From contig JAIPIA010000003.1 of assembly GCA_021734945.1 (NCBI GenBank), positions 156,895-220,894 of the forward strand: a stretch of DNA of 64,000 nucleotides, read 5' to 3'. Numbering within the stretch: position 1 is the first letter of the stretch; the number at the start of each line of letters is the position of its first letter. Made by a program: the position numbers and the translations under genes. Origin of the DNA: Minisyncoccota bacterium. GTDB taxonomy: Bacteria > Patescibacteriota > Minisyncoccia > Phycocordibacterales > CAIZLB01. Below are positions 1-10,600 of this stretch, piece after piece. The notes under the pieces are model-generated. The model was given only the letters and a program-made list of their open reading frames with translations, was not told the origin of the DNA and did no database searches.

Positions 1-462
1 TCCAGAAAAATCTGAGACTGTACCAGTAAAGATACTAGCTAAGTCACCTACTGAGACACTAGCGGGAATATCTGGGAAAAAAGTTTTTACAGTGTTATAT
101 GTTCCAGCATGAATAGGGCTTAGTATATCTATAGTCTTGATGTGTTTTGGTAGATTGTTGATAGCAGAAACTGTCTCAGTATATAGAGGTGGAATAACGA
201 AAGTAAAGGCGCCCGCAACAAAGGCGACTATAGAGATATACATAGACACAGCTGCCAAGACCCGAGGAAACCCTCTTTTTACAAACCAACGAGTTCCAGG
301 TTCAATGACAGAAGCAATCACAACTGAAGAGAGAATGATAAGGAGGAGCCCGCGAAGTTGATATGCAAAATAGACAGCTAAAGCAAAAACAAACACTTTA
401 AAAAGCGTACCCATACTGATGTGTAGGCTCAGCTTTTTTAGTTCTACTTCTTGCTCTTTCAT
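1..462 (-). CDS. AI-2E (PerM) family membrane transporter, 5' part (runs off window start)
   Basis: Manual translation from ATG at 462: MKEQEVELKKLSLHISMGTLFKVFVFALAVYFAYQLRGLLLIILSSVVIASVIEPGTRWFVKRGFPRVLAAVSMY...VIPPL; typical AI-2E N-terminal TM pattern; not in ORF track because there is no stop in the window. Confidence 0.8.
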   Translation of the reverse strand, partial: MKEQEVELKKLSLHISMGTLFKVFVFALAVYFAYQLRGLLLIILSSVVIASVIEPGTRWFVKRGFPRVLAAVSMYISIVAFVAGAFTFVIPPLYTETVSAINNLPKHIKTIDILSPIHAGTYNTVKTFFPDIPASVSVGDLASIFTGTVSDFSG

Positions 463-619
463 GCGATTTTGATTTGCGAAATCGTATTGAGTTTTATCCT
501 TTCGGCCTCAATCTTCATGCGTCTTTTTTCTCTAACTTTACATATACAATACCACTACCCTTCATAGACGGAAAGGTTGGGTGTTGATTACGAAAAGAGA
601 CATACAAACACTAACTCTG

Positions 620-2029
620 TTAGATTTTTGAGATAATATGCAAAAAATCTTTTTTATCTTTTTCACCAAATGGTCCTGTGATGGCGAGATTTACACCAGA
701 AGCCACAAAAACTTCTTTGGCCACAGTATCTACCTCTTCCTTTTTCACTCCCTCTATATGTTCTGATACCTCTTCCTCAGTAGTGATCTTATCGCGAAGG
801 ATTTCTTCTTTTCCATAAAAGTCTGCAAAATCCTCAGTCGTCTCAAGATGTAGTACAAGCCCAGAAAGTCGGTATTCTTTAACTTTTTTCAATTCATCAA
901 GACTAATACCTCCCTCTTTAAATCGTCGAACCTCGCTCATTATTCCCTCCAATGCCTCCTTTACTCTGTCATTTGCAACTCCAGCCGAAATAACCACGTT
1001 GCCGGCGTCGGGTCGAAGTAATGCACTTGAACCAACGTAATAACAGATACCGAGCTCCTCACGCATTTTTTGAAATAGTCGTGAACTCATTCCGCCTCCG
1101 AGTGCTGTAGTAAGTGTTCGCAAAGCTGAAATCTTTTTCTGTATAGCCACTGGATCCAACTTACCACTTACCTTTAGATCGAGTTTCGACGATATACCAC
1201 CATTTTCATATCCATACGCACGAAATGTAAGTATCAAATGCGTCTGATCAGTCTTACGAGTATCAATAGCAATTTGCGGAGCACTTTGTTTTACAATTGT
1301 CTTCGCACGGGTATTCTTTTTTCCCTCTGGCATTTTTCCAAAAGCTTTTTTGATTTCTGATTCAATAGTTTTCTCATCAAAATTTCCAGCAATAACTACA
1401 AGTGTATTTTTTGCGTCGTACTGACTCTTTCGATATTTAACTAAATCAGCTCTACTGAAACTTGAAACAGTTTCCTTTGTACCGAGTATCTCCCACCCCG
1501 CTGGCTGATCACCATAAAGTAAATGTGTAGCAAGCTTAGCTACTCGTGAATGAGGATCGTCTGCATACATATTTATCTCTTGAATTACTACACCTTTTTC
1601 TTTTTCAATTTCTTCTTGTGGAAATGTAGAATTCAAATATACATCTGAAACAATATCAAAAATGTGTCCTGCGTGTTTTTTGTGTGCTCGCGCAAAATAT
1701 CCAGTCAAACCACGTGATGTGAATGCATTATAATCAGCGCCAATAGTATCGAACTCGAGAGCAATACTCTTTGCAGAAGGTCGCTTAGTTGTCCCCTTGA
1801 AACACATATGTTCCAAAAAATGGGAAAGACCGTTTTGCTTTTTTGATTCAAAGTCAGCGCCTGTAGCAACAAGCACCATAGCAAGTATTGTCTGTGTCTC
1901 TTTCATTGGGATAAAAAGATATCGCAAACCATTTTTGAGAGTTTTTTTATAAAATTTTGGAGAGGAGTGTGATAGTTGAGACATCGAGGCTGATTCAGAT
2001 TTTGATGTTGCACGTGCTTTTTTTGACAT
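620..2029 (-). CDS. M16 family (pitrilysin/insulinase) zinc peptidase
   Basis: HFLEH inverted zincin motif, NAFT motif, C-terminal GGGMSSRLFQ..RE..G.CY; start placed at ATG 2029 (track ORF extends to 2083). Confidence 0.92.
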   Translation of the reverse strand: MSKKARATSKSESASMSQLSHSSPKFYKKTLKNGLRYLFIPMKETQTILAMVLVATGADFESKKQNGLSHFLEHMCFKGTTKRPSAKSIALEFDTIGADYNAFTSRGLTGYFARAHKKHAGHIFDIVSDVYLNSTFPQEEIEKEKGVVIQEINMYADDPHSRVAKLATHLLYGDQPAGWEILGTKETVSSFSRADLVKYRKSQYDAKNTLVVIAGNFDEKTIESEIKKAFGKMPEGKKNTRAKTIVKQSAPQIAIDTRKTDQTHLILTFRAYGYENGGISSKLDLKVSGKLDPVAIQKKISALRTLTTALGGGMSSRLFQKMREELGICYYVGSSALLRPDAGNVVISAGVANDRVKEALEGIMSEVRRFKEGGISLDELKKVKEYRLSGLVLHLETTEDFADFYGKEEILRDKITTEEEVSEHIEGVKKEEVDTVAKEVFVASGVNLAITGPFGEKDKKDFLHIISKI

Positions 2030-2070
2030 GATGTACAAAATATACGCCGATGTGACTAAAATGCAAACCA

Positions 2071-2097
2071 GCCGGGTCCTCACTGTTGAGGCCCGGC
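2071..2097 (-). terminator. Hairpin terminator after the 2180-2515 ORF
   Basis: GCCGGGTCCTCA...TGAGGCCCGGC inverted repeat followed by T-rich sequence on the minus strand. Confidence 0.5.
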
Positions 2098-2179
2098 TGT
2101 GTAGCGCTTGGTTGTAATTCTACGCTTTTTTTGATCTTCGGCGAACTAGGTTGAATGTCGCTGAGCGGATTTTTAGGTC

Positions 2180-2515
2180 CTACTCGTCGTCATCACCCTC
2201 AGGATCCCATGGAGGACTATTGCCACATGGAGTTTTAACCTTCTTTTTGAGCTGCTTTTTAGGCTTCTTCGCTGACCTCTTTTTTGACAGACATTTTGAC
2301 CAAGGAGCGTCGCTTGGTAGATGAAGGCCTTTTCCACTCAAGGCATCCATAATGCCTATACTTTCTTTTTGTACCCACCGTGGATTTTTTGCTCCAGGTG
2401 GTTTTTTACCGCAGGCTCTTATTTTCTGTGGTGGTTTTTTTGCGGTTTTCTTCGCGACTTTTTTGATACTTTTCGCTGGCATGAGTTGACCTCCATCAGT
2501 TCCAACAACTGACAC
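2180..2515 (-). CDS. Small Lys-rich hypothetical protein
   Basis: ORF with many KK/AKK repeats and acidic tail; own promoter upstream and hairpin downstream. Confidence 0.55.
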   Translation of the reverse strand: MSVVGTDGGQLMPAKSIKKVAKKTAKKPPQKIRACGKKPPGAKNPRWVQKESIGIMDALSGKGLHLPSDAPWSKCLSKKRSAKKPKKQLKKKVKTPCGNSPPWDPEGDDDE

Positions 2516-2567
2516 ATTGTTTGTGTGATTTGTACTTGCCCCTTAGTTGGAATAAGGTTCTAGGCAA

Positions 2568-2595
2568 AGTGTATATCACCCATTTAGTAAGTCAA
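2568..2595 (-). promoter_or_regulatory. sigma70-type promoter
   Basis: TTGACT-16 nt-TACACT on the minus strand upstream of the 2515 ORF. Confidence 0.55.
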
Positions 2596-2734
2596 TTTAA
2601 AATATTAATAGTAGTCCCTTAGTACAAAATAAAATAATGAAAACAGCCTAGCGACAGAGCCCGCGCACAAATGAGGCGTGAGAGTTTCGCTAGGCTGGGG
2701 TTTTCGTTGGTTTCGTTGGCTGAGATGGCGAATC

Positions 2735-3043
2735 TCATGACTGTGAACTTGGGGCTGTTTCTGGTAAAGCCGTACTGCTCCAGACTAGGCGGACCCTGTA
2801 AGGTGCTGCACACAAGAACAGATAAGAAACCAACGCCGACCCTTGAGGGCACTCACTGCATCCGAAGTTCTCAGATTTGAGCCACTCTCGAACTCTGGAG
2901 AAAAATTCCTTGCTTTTTGCCACCAAGATGACTTCATCAGCATCCTTGGAAGATGTGACTTCTGCAAGTATGTTTTTCCCTGTCTTATCCACAAGAAGGC
3001 TACCCTTCCCTGCAGATGCTAATTTCTCAGCAAGACTTTCCAT
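2735..3043 (-). CDS. Hypothetical protein (CxxC-containing)
   Basis: 102-aa ORF with AGAGGA SD-like sequence upstream, promoter at 3163-3191, and hairpin downstream (2644-2697). Confidence 0.5.
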   Translation of the reverse strand: MESLAEKLASAGKGSLLVDKTGKNILAEVTSSKDADEVILVAKSKEFFSRVREWLKSENFGCSECPQGSALVSYLFLCAAPYRVRLVWSSTALPETAPSSQS

Positions 3044-3162
3044 GATATTTATCCTCTGTCTGACTTCCGGGAATCAGACGGTTTAGTTTTTGTGCAGAAT
3101 GCCAAGCAGTGAAACACCACCAAGCAAGCTTCTCAGGTTCCGGACCAAGAGATTCTGAAGTT

Positions 3163-3191
3163 AGAATATACTTTGACTAAGATTATTGCAA
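3163..3191 (-). promoter_or_regulatory. sigma70-type promoter
   Basis: TTGCAA-17 nt-TATTCT on the minus strand. Confidence 0.55.
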
Positions 3192-3284
3192 TACCAAAAA
3201 TGACACCCTTTCGAGCGTCATTTTAAGTTCTTTTTCCAAACTATTTTTATACCAACATCGAGATCTACCCAACACGTATTAACT

Positions 3285-4790
3285 CTACTCAACTGAAGCA
3301 ACAAGCATCTCCTTCAACTTATCAATAGTCACTCGCTCCTGTTCACCAGTATCTCGATGTCGTACTGTTACAGTATTCAAAAGTGCAATACCATTTGCAT
3401 CAAGCTTAGCAGCACCACTTTCATCTGTCGCCTCGACTGTATCGAAGTCAATAACTACACAGAACGGCGTACCAATCTCATCTTGTCGTCGATATCGTTT
3501 ACCGATATTTCCATTATCATCAAAGGCAACTCGTCCTGGGAACACTTTTCGTAATGTGTTAAAAATTTCACGCGCTTTTTCAACAAGCTGTGGCTTATTT
3601 TTCAAAAGTGGAGAAACAGCTACGAGGATAGGTGCAATCTTTGGAGAGAACTTCATGTATGCACGTGGTTCACCACCAAGAGTATCTTCTCGATATGCAT
3701 TTGCCATTACAGCGAGAAGAAGTCGTCCGAGGCCGAATGTGGGCTCGATACAATGTGGAATAAAACGCTTTTTTGTAGCGTCCTCTTCTGATTCATCAAA
3801 ATATGAAAGGTCTACTTTTGATGCAGTGGTATGAGCATTGAGGTCAAAGTCTGTTCGATATGCAAGCCCAAGAAGTTCTTTTTGTCCAAATGGAAAATCA
3901 AACTCATGGTCAACACTATGCTTTGAATAATGCGCACGGTCTGATTCTGGAATTTCTACTTGATGAATTTTTGATGCATCAAGTCCGAGAGTATTGATAA
4001 GGAAATCTTTCTGTTCATTTTGAAAATAATCAAAACTCTCTCGCCAATCATTTGGACGAACAAAGTATTCTATCTCCATTTGTTCAAGTTCACGTACACG
4101 GAATATAAAATCACGAGGTGCAATTTCATTTCTAAAAGCCTTTCCAACTTGAGCGAGACCGAAAGGGAGTTTTGGATGAAATGAATCAACAACATTTTTA
4201 AAGTTCACGAACATACCTTGTGCTGTCTCAGGTCGAAGGTAAGAAACAGAAGAATCATCTTGAATAGCACCAACACTTGTCTGAAGCATCATATTGAACT
4301 GTCGAACATCGCCGAGTGGATTTCCTTCTGGGCTTTTGATTCCCTTTTCTTTTATAAGTGCATCCATTTGCTGAAGTGTCAGACCTTTTGGATGAGCTTT
4401 TTCATCACCTGTCTTTTCTACATAATCCTCAAGAAGATGATCTGCTCGATATCGCTTTTTAGTTTTGAGGTCTTCTACCAATGGATCAGCAAAACCCGCA
4501 ACGTGGCCACTCGCCTTCCATACATCCTGATTCATAAGAATAGCAGCATCGATACCATACATATCCTCACGGTCGAGAACAAAACGCTTCCACCAGAGAT
4601 TTTGAATATTGTTTTTCAATGCCACACCTAAAGGTCCATAATCCCATGTACCAGCAAGACCTCCGTAGATTTCAGAGCCTTGATAAATAAAGCCCTTTCG
4701 CTTTGAAAGTGAAATGAGCTTTTCCATAGTACCTTCTGGGTATGCTACTAATTCTTGGTCGGCGTGATTACTCGCGTTTTGTTCATTCAT
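3285..4790 (-). CDS. glyS: Glycine--tRNA ligase (homodimeric alpha2 type)
   Basis: EIYGGLAGTWDYGPLG, YLRPETAQG, GKAFRNEI, IEPTFGLGR, IGKRYRRQDEIGTP motifs. Confidence 0.97.
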   Translation of the reverse strand: MNEQNASNHADQELVAYPEGTMEKLISLSKRKGFIYQGSEIYGGLAGTWDYGPLGVALKNNIQNLWWKRFVLDREDMYGIDAAILMNQDVWKASGHVAGFADPLVEDLKTKKRYRADHLLEDYVEKTGDEKAHPKGLTLQQMDALIKEKGIKSPEGNPLGDVRQFNMMLQTSVGAIQDDSSVSYLRPETAQGMFVNFKNVVDSFHPKLPFGLAQVGKAFRNEIAPRDFIFRVRELEQMEIEYFVRPNDWRESFDYFQNEQKDFLINTLGLDASKIHQVEIPESDRAHYSKHSVDHEFDFPFGQKELLGLAYRTDFDLNAHTTASKVDLSYFDESEEDATKKRFIPHCIEPTFGLGRLLLAVMANAYREDTLGGEPRAYMKFSPKIAPILVAVSPLLKNKPQLVEKAREIFNTLRKVFPGRVAFDDNGNIGKRYRRQDEIGTPFCVVIDFDTVEATDESGAAKLDANGIALLNTVTVRHRDTGEQERVTIDKLKEMLVASVE

Positions 4791-4958
4791 AATGACACTA
4801 TACTATATGATTTAAAGGCTTTTTACAAAGACCCTTCAGCTGAATACTTCAATCTCTTCTGAGACTTGCGAGTGCACCTGGCACGAGCACGAGGCGAATT
4901 GTCTAAAAAGAATTAGCTAATTCGTCCGTGCTCCTCATGTGAGTGTTTTATTTACGAG

Positions 4959-6947
4959 CTAGTTACTATCCGCCCCACCCACCTTATCATCACCATATTT
5001 GAATTTTGGATCTGTCTCAATCTTAATATCCAATGGTTCAGCTTTAATCTCTGTAATTTGACCTGTAAAATTATCCTTACCAGCAATCCTCTGATCCGTA
5101 ACGATAACTGGAGTAGAATTAATCTGACCAATACTTGGTAAGAATGAGACCTGGAAAGCAAAATCCTTTGCAGACTGTGAGTAACCTATTCCTGATTGCA
5201 TATCACCTACTCTCCATGATATTTGTTTTTTATCAGCATTAAATGTTACAGGACTATTGTTTGGATATGTTTGCCCTAGCCACTCTACGTACTGCGGAAG
5301 CGTCGCGGTATACACAACATCCTTTACACTATTGTATGAATTTTTAAGACTTACAAGCACTGTATATGTAGACGCTTGTTCAGGCATTGTAGGTATAGGG
5401 CCTGTATTAACAAAAGGTCCAACATTACGTACCAATCTTGTTGTAAGGTTTAAGTCTGAAGCTATTTTTACAGTTCGAGAAACGTTTGAAGATAGTTCTT
5501 CGGGTACCTTATCCTCATTCAATCGTTTTGCTCGAATAGAAAGTTCAACCTTTAAAGTCTGATTTTTAAATGTAGCGTTGTTTTCTGTACTAGGTTTAAG
5601 GGCAGCAAAACTAAATTGTAGTCGTCCTGTAGAACCAGACTTAACTTCAGCAAGTTCTTTAATTGTTGAATTATCCCAGACTATAGTGTTATCAACAGAA
5701 CGATAAAAACCCTGATTACCTTGAATAGATGACTTATCAAGCATTGGACCTGTGATTCTCGCTTGAATAACAGCGTCGTTTATAGGTACATCCAAATTAT
5801 TTTGATATGTAATTTCACCCTGAATTCCATCACCTGAATGAGCTACATACACGGGATCATTTTTTCCATCAAGAGAAATGTCCGCACTGAGAAACGGTCG
5901 CTTAAGTGTGATTGTTGTTGAATTATTTACAAATACTGTACCTATAGCCAACTTATCTGTTACGTCTTCTGTTCCTGTATAAAATCTAAATACTCGTTGT
6001 TGCAATTCTCCACCAAGAATACGTCCTCTCAATACTATTTCTCTTTCTTCACCAGGTTTAATATCTCCAAGAACCCATGTTGAATTATCACCAGCTGTTG
6101 ATGGCACTGCAGAAATGAAATCAAAACCAAATGGGTACTCAGCTTTAAAGATAAGGCCTTTTATAATTGAAGAACTATTTGAACGAACAGTAATTCTAAA
6201 TTCATTTTCCTGCTCTGGTACGACTTCAGATGCAGAATCAACATTTACAGAAATAGGCGAAGAGCCAATAAAAATTGGATACTGTTTATCTTTCAAAAAA
6301 ATATTTGTTGAACCCTCAATACGGTATTCTAGCGAGACCTTAATATTTTTCTTTGAATTTTCCTCACCAAATAATACAGATTTTATATTTTCACGCACTG
6401 TTTGTCCTTTTCCAATTGTTCCGAGAGAAATACGATCTTGTGTCATTGAAGTTACTCTATCATCAGCATTCCTTGTCCCCTCTGGATATGTAATAACAAG
6501 ATCAGCCAACAACAAATCTGTAGTGTTTCTATTTGTTATATCTACATCAAGAGAAAGTGCTTCACCTGCAGGACTTGTTACAGGTCCAAGGAGTCTGATA
6601 TCAATATTATTACTCGAAACAAAATTTGAACCTGTGTAAAAAGTATATCCAGCAAATCCAAGAGCAAGAACAAAAAATACAGAAACTACAGCCAAGATTC
6701 TCTTGAATGGATTTCCTTTAGATTTTATACTTCTTACATCTAGACCTTTTGCGCCTCCATATGAACTGAATGTTACAGCTTCCTCATCTTTTGCTATTTT
6801 TCCATCATCTTCATCGTCCTTCCACGAACTATTAACTATAACGCTGTGACGTTGCAGTCTCACTCTCGGCTCTTCTGGCATCTCTTCGCCAGAGTTTGAA
6901 AACAATTTCCGTTTTAGACCTTCTATTTTACTATCATCAATAGACAT
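4959..6947 (-). CDS. Large single-pass membrane protein with repeated beta-sandwich (DUF11-like) domains
   Basis: One TM near residue 85-103 followed by Ig-like repeats (W.LG.IKPGE-type motifs); family common in CPR. Confidence 0.6.
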   Translation of the reverse strand: MSIDDSKIEGLKRKLFSNSGEEMPEEPRVRLQRHSVIVNSSWKDDEDDGKIAKDEEAVTFSSYGGAKGLDVRSIKSKGNPFKRILAVVSVFFVLALGFAGYTFYTGSNFVSSNNIDIRLLGPVTSPAGEALSLDVDITNRNTTDLLLADLVITYPEGTRNADDRVTSMTQDRISLGTIGKGQTVRENIKSVLFGEENSKKNIKVSLEYRIEGSTNIFLKDKQYPIFIGSSPISVNVDSASEVVPEQENEFRITVRSNSSSIIKGLIFKAEYPFGFDFISAVPSTAGDNSTWVLGDIKPGEEREIVLRGRILGGELQQRVFRFYTGTEDVTDKLAIGTVFVNNSTTITLKRPFLSADISLDGKNDPVYVAHSGDGIQGEITYQNNLDVPINDAVIQARITGPMLDKSSIQGNQGFYRSVDNTIVWDNSTIKELAEVKSGSTGRLQFSFAALKPSTENNATFKNQTLKVELSIRAKRLNEDKVPEELSSNVSRTVKIASDLNLTTRLVRNVGPFVNTGPIPTMPEQASTYTVLVSLKNSYNSVKDVVYTATLPQYVEWLGQTYPNNSPVTFNADKKQISWRVGDMQSGIGYSQSAKDFAFQVSFLPSIGQINSTPVIVTDQRIAGKDNFTGQITEIKAEPLDIKIETDPKFKYGDDKVGGADSN

Positions 6948-6985
6948 GCAGTAAATTATATCACAGAGTCTGATTGAGTATCATG

Positions 6986-7636
6986 CTACAAATGACTACT
7001 CTCAAGAGCTTTCTTAATATGCTTTTCAATTTTTATCCGAAACTCTAGTGATTCTTCTAAACTTAGTTTTTCAATTAACTCAATTTTCCAGACAAAAATA
7101 TCCCGTATCTCATCAAAATCCTTATCATCTGACCCATAGCCGAGAGATTCAAGAACTCTAAATTCAGTAATCAAAGTTAGCGATTTTAGTACATTCGATC
7201 TATGTGGAGAAGATGTAGGAGAGGTCTTAATAAGGTCTGAAAAATATTTTGAATTTTCAAAACAAAAGGTAAACAGTTTTGAGAGCATATCAAAAAGCTC
7301 TTCATGCTTTGCTTCGCCTGCTGTCAATCGTTTTACAAACTGTAATATTCCAGTCATAAACTTACGTACATATAAGGGAACTCTTTTGTCATACAAAGAA
7401 ATGAGTTTTTCCGCACTGGTTAGACGCCAATATTCTTTTCCACGAACGAGTGCAACTTTGGAAAATGACAAATCCTGTATAGAAGGACGCAACTTAGATT
7501 TCATTACCCTCACTCCCTGCGCAGCGACAAACAATAAACCAAGGTCAGCCGTAAAAAGCGTCAGCAATTTATTTGCCTCCCCTACATCCATACTATCTAT
7601 AATGAATGCCTTTGTTTGATAAATGTGATGAGACAT
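6986..7636 (-). CDS. recO: DNA repair protein RecO
   Basis: N-terminal OB fold: GEANKLLTLFT.DLG...AQGVR..KSKL; E..L..LGY near C-terminus. Confidence 0.85.
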   Translation of the reverse strand: MSHHIYQTKAFIIDSMDVGEANKLLTLFTADLGLLFVAAQGVRVMKSKLRPSIQDLSFSKVALVRGKEYWRLTSAEKLISLYDKRVPLYVRKFMTGILQFVKRLTAGEAKHEELFDMLSKLFTFCFENSKYFSDLIKTSPTSSPHRSNVLKSLTLITEFRVLESLGYGSDDKDFDEIRDIFVWKIELIEKLSLEESLEFRIKIEKHIKKALESSHL

Positions 7637-7688
7637 GTTTCTAGTTTGGAACCTATTTCAAAATTAGACTTTGCAAACCTGTATTTTC

Positions 7689-10600
7689 TTATATCTTTGT
7701 GACTTCGAGCAACGGTTCTTCTACCTCCACTTCAACATACTCCACTTTTTCAGCTTGAATTGGTTTCTTGAGCATTTCTTCATTTTTCTTCAAAATATCA
7801 AGAGTTGAGGATGAAGCGGAAACTGTAAGGACAATAAAATCACTTGGTATAAGGCCCGCATTCTTTCGAGCTTCCTGGACCCCACGAATAGCATCTCGCA
7901 CGATTCCCTCCTCTTTGAGTTCTACTGTAAGGTTCGTATCAAGAGCGAGTTCTGAGCCTTTTTTAACTTCTTTTACATTAAGTTCTTCTTTTATGATCTG
8001 TAGAAAATCTTCAGACAGTTCTATACCCGTTTCACTACTTGCCTCCTCATGAGTATACACAAATGAAGCGAGGGGTTGTCGAACTTTTATACCTGACTTT
8101 GCTCGTATGGCGAGACCAGTCTCTACAAGTTTTCGAGCAACTTTCATTGCATCAATCAAAGCATGATCAACAACTGGTAACGTTGGCCAGTCTGCCAAAT
8201 GAACACTCTCAGGCATAAGTACCGCTGAAGTAGAACTCACCCGAGCAATTTCATTTCGAATACTCTGGTACATATGCTCAGCCATAAATGGCACAAATGG
8301 AGCAATCAATTTTGATAAGGTGAGAAGTGCAAATCGAGTTGTCTGCATTGCTTGCTCTTTATCTTTTGCATCATCACCTTTGAATCTATCTCGTGAACGT
8401 CGAAGGTACCACGTAGATAAATCGTCTACAATATCTGCAATAGGTCGAGCAGCTTTATCAATCTGATATGTATCAAGACCTTTTTCTATATCGTTTTTAA
8501 GCGAAGAAAGACGAGCGACAATCCACTTATCAAGAACATTATCTGAGTGAGGTACCGAATCAGGAGTTAGTCCCTCTGATACTGGAACATGTTCCGCATA
8601 TAGCACATAAAATGAATATACATTTTCGAGTCTATTGAAAATCTTTTTATTGATTTCATCGAGAGTTTTTTCTGAAAAGAGAACTTCTTCTGAATGAGTC
8701 ACTGATGATGAAGCAATAAAATATCTAAGTGGGTCTACACCATATTTGTCAAAAGTTGGCTCCATCGGTGGATAGTTCTTAAGACTCTTAGACATCTTTC
8801 TGCCGTCTTCAGCCAACATCAAACCATTCACGATTACGTTTTTGTAAGGACTCTTACCGAACAAACCAACACCTAGCACCATAAGTGAATAAAACCATCC
8901 ACGAGTCTGATCTAACCCCTCTGCAATAAAGTCTGCGGGAAAAATAGGACTATTATTTTCTTCGAAAAGATCTTTATTCTCAAACGGATAATGAGCTTGT
9001 GCAAACGGCATCGCGCCAGAGTCATACCACACATCAAAAACCTCAGGCACTCGAACCATAGTTTCCTTTTCACCTGATTTTGCCTTTGTTCCATCAAGAA
9101 GTAGCAAACCCTCTTCAACCTCACTCTCCCATGTTACTCGATCTATATACGGACGATGCAAATCAAGCTCCATAGATTCATTATGTGGAAGTTGTTTAAA
9201 ATCCATTTCATGGAGTGAAGCGTTTGGGTCAGAATAATCTCTCCAACCAGACCGGAGGAGATCTCGACATGTTTGACCGTTAATCGTGTTAACCATAAGA
9301 CGTAGTGGTAATCCATGAGTAACAACAAGGATATTTTCGTCTTCATGTTTACTGTCTAGGTCATAGAGAAATTCTGCAGATCGCTTTTTAACATCTTCTA
9401 CAGACTCACCGTTTGTTCCTGGATTCTTCTTGTATACAGTATCGTGACGAGTTTTGAAGTATCCAGTTTCTGCTCTACCTGACCATTTACCACCTTCAAA
9501 ATCTCCACCTCCAACTTCTCGGAGACGAGTATCAAATACTATTTGAGTTTTATCTAGACCAAGAGCGTTAGCTACGTGTTCAGCAGTTTCTCGAGTTCGT
9601 CTGAAATCAGATGAATAGATTTTTGTAATCTTTTTTCCAGTTTCCTTTTGTCTAGCCAAAAGCTTTTGTGCTGCTTCTTCTACTTGTCCACGACCATGCA
9701 TTGTGAGACCATACTTTTCTCTTCCCGCTTCACTTGGATCTGAATTTATTACATCAAGCGTGTTTGACTCTGCTTCACCGTGACGCATAAGAGTAATATT
9801 GTTTCCTCTACTTTCAATTTTAGACTTGAGGTCTGAAACAGAACCAATAAATTCAACCTTACCCGTTTTTTGTCCTCGCCATATTGGAAGTGGAGCTCCC
9901 CAATATCTACTTCGTGAAATTGCCCAGTCACGAACATTTTCAATCCATTTACCAAATCGCCCTTCCCCTACTTCTTTTGGAATCCAATTTACTTTATTGT
10001 TTTCGGCAATCAATGTATCTTTCATATCTGTAACTCGAACAAACCATGACGATGTCGCATAGTTTAGAAGTGGAGTATCACATCGCCAGCAGTGTGGATA
10101 TGAGTGGACAAGTTTTTCTTTTGCAAAAAGAAGTGGTGAATTTGTTGAATTTTTTAACTGTGAAAGAAGCTTAATTACTTCAATATCTGTGAGTTGATGA
10201 TCACCTTTTGGTTTTGCATAAAGACCTGAAAGCGAGCCATTTCCTTCTTTTATTTTTCCATCTGGACCAACATGAATAATAACTGGCAAATTCATTTCTA
10301 CAGAAAGTTTGTAGTCATCGTCACCGAACGCAGGTGCAATATGTACGATACCTGTACCATCTTCTGCTGTTACAAAATCAGCACATTGAACCTTCCAAGC
10401 ATTAGCTCGCTTTGTTTCTTGGTTAGCAGAAAGTGTTCCTGTATTTGCATAAAAATCAAAAGGAGGCACATAGGAAATTCCTTCAAGCTCTGTCCCTGCT
10501 ACTTCTTTTAGAACAGTAGCTTCCTGAGGCAGAATATTTTTTTCTTTAAGTTTTGGAATTAAATCTGTAGCAACCCACAATTTAACAGAAATATCTTTTT

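Noticed and set aside
137-361. Plus-strand 74-aa ORF and the many other short antisense/nested ORFs in the track
   Set aside because: They are shadows of well-supported genes on the opposite strand or in another frame, with no motifs of their own
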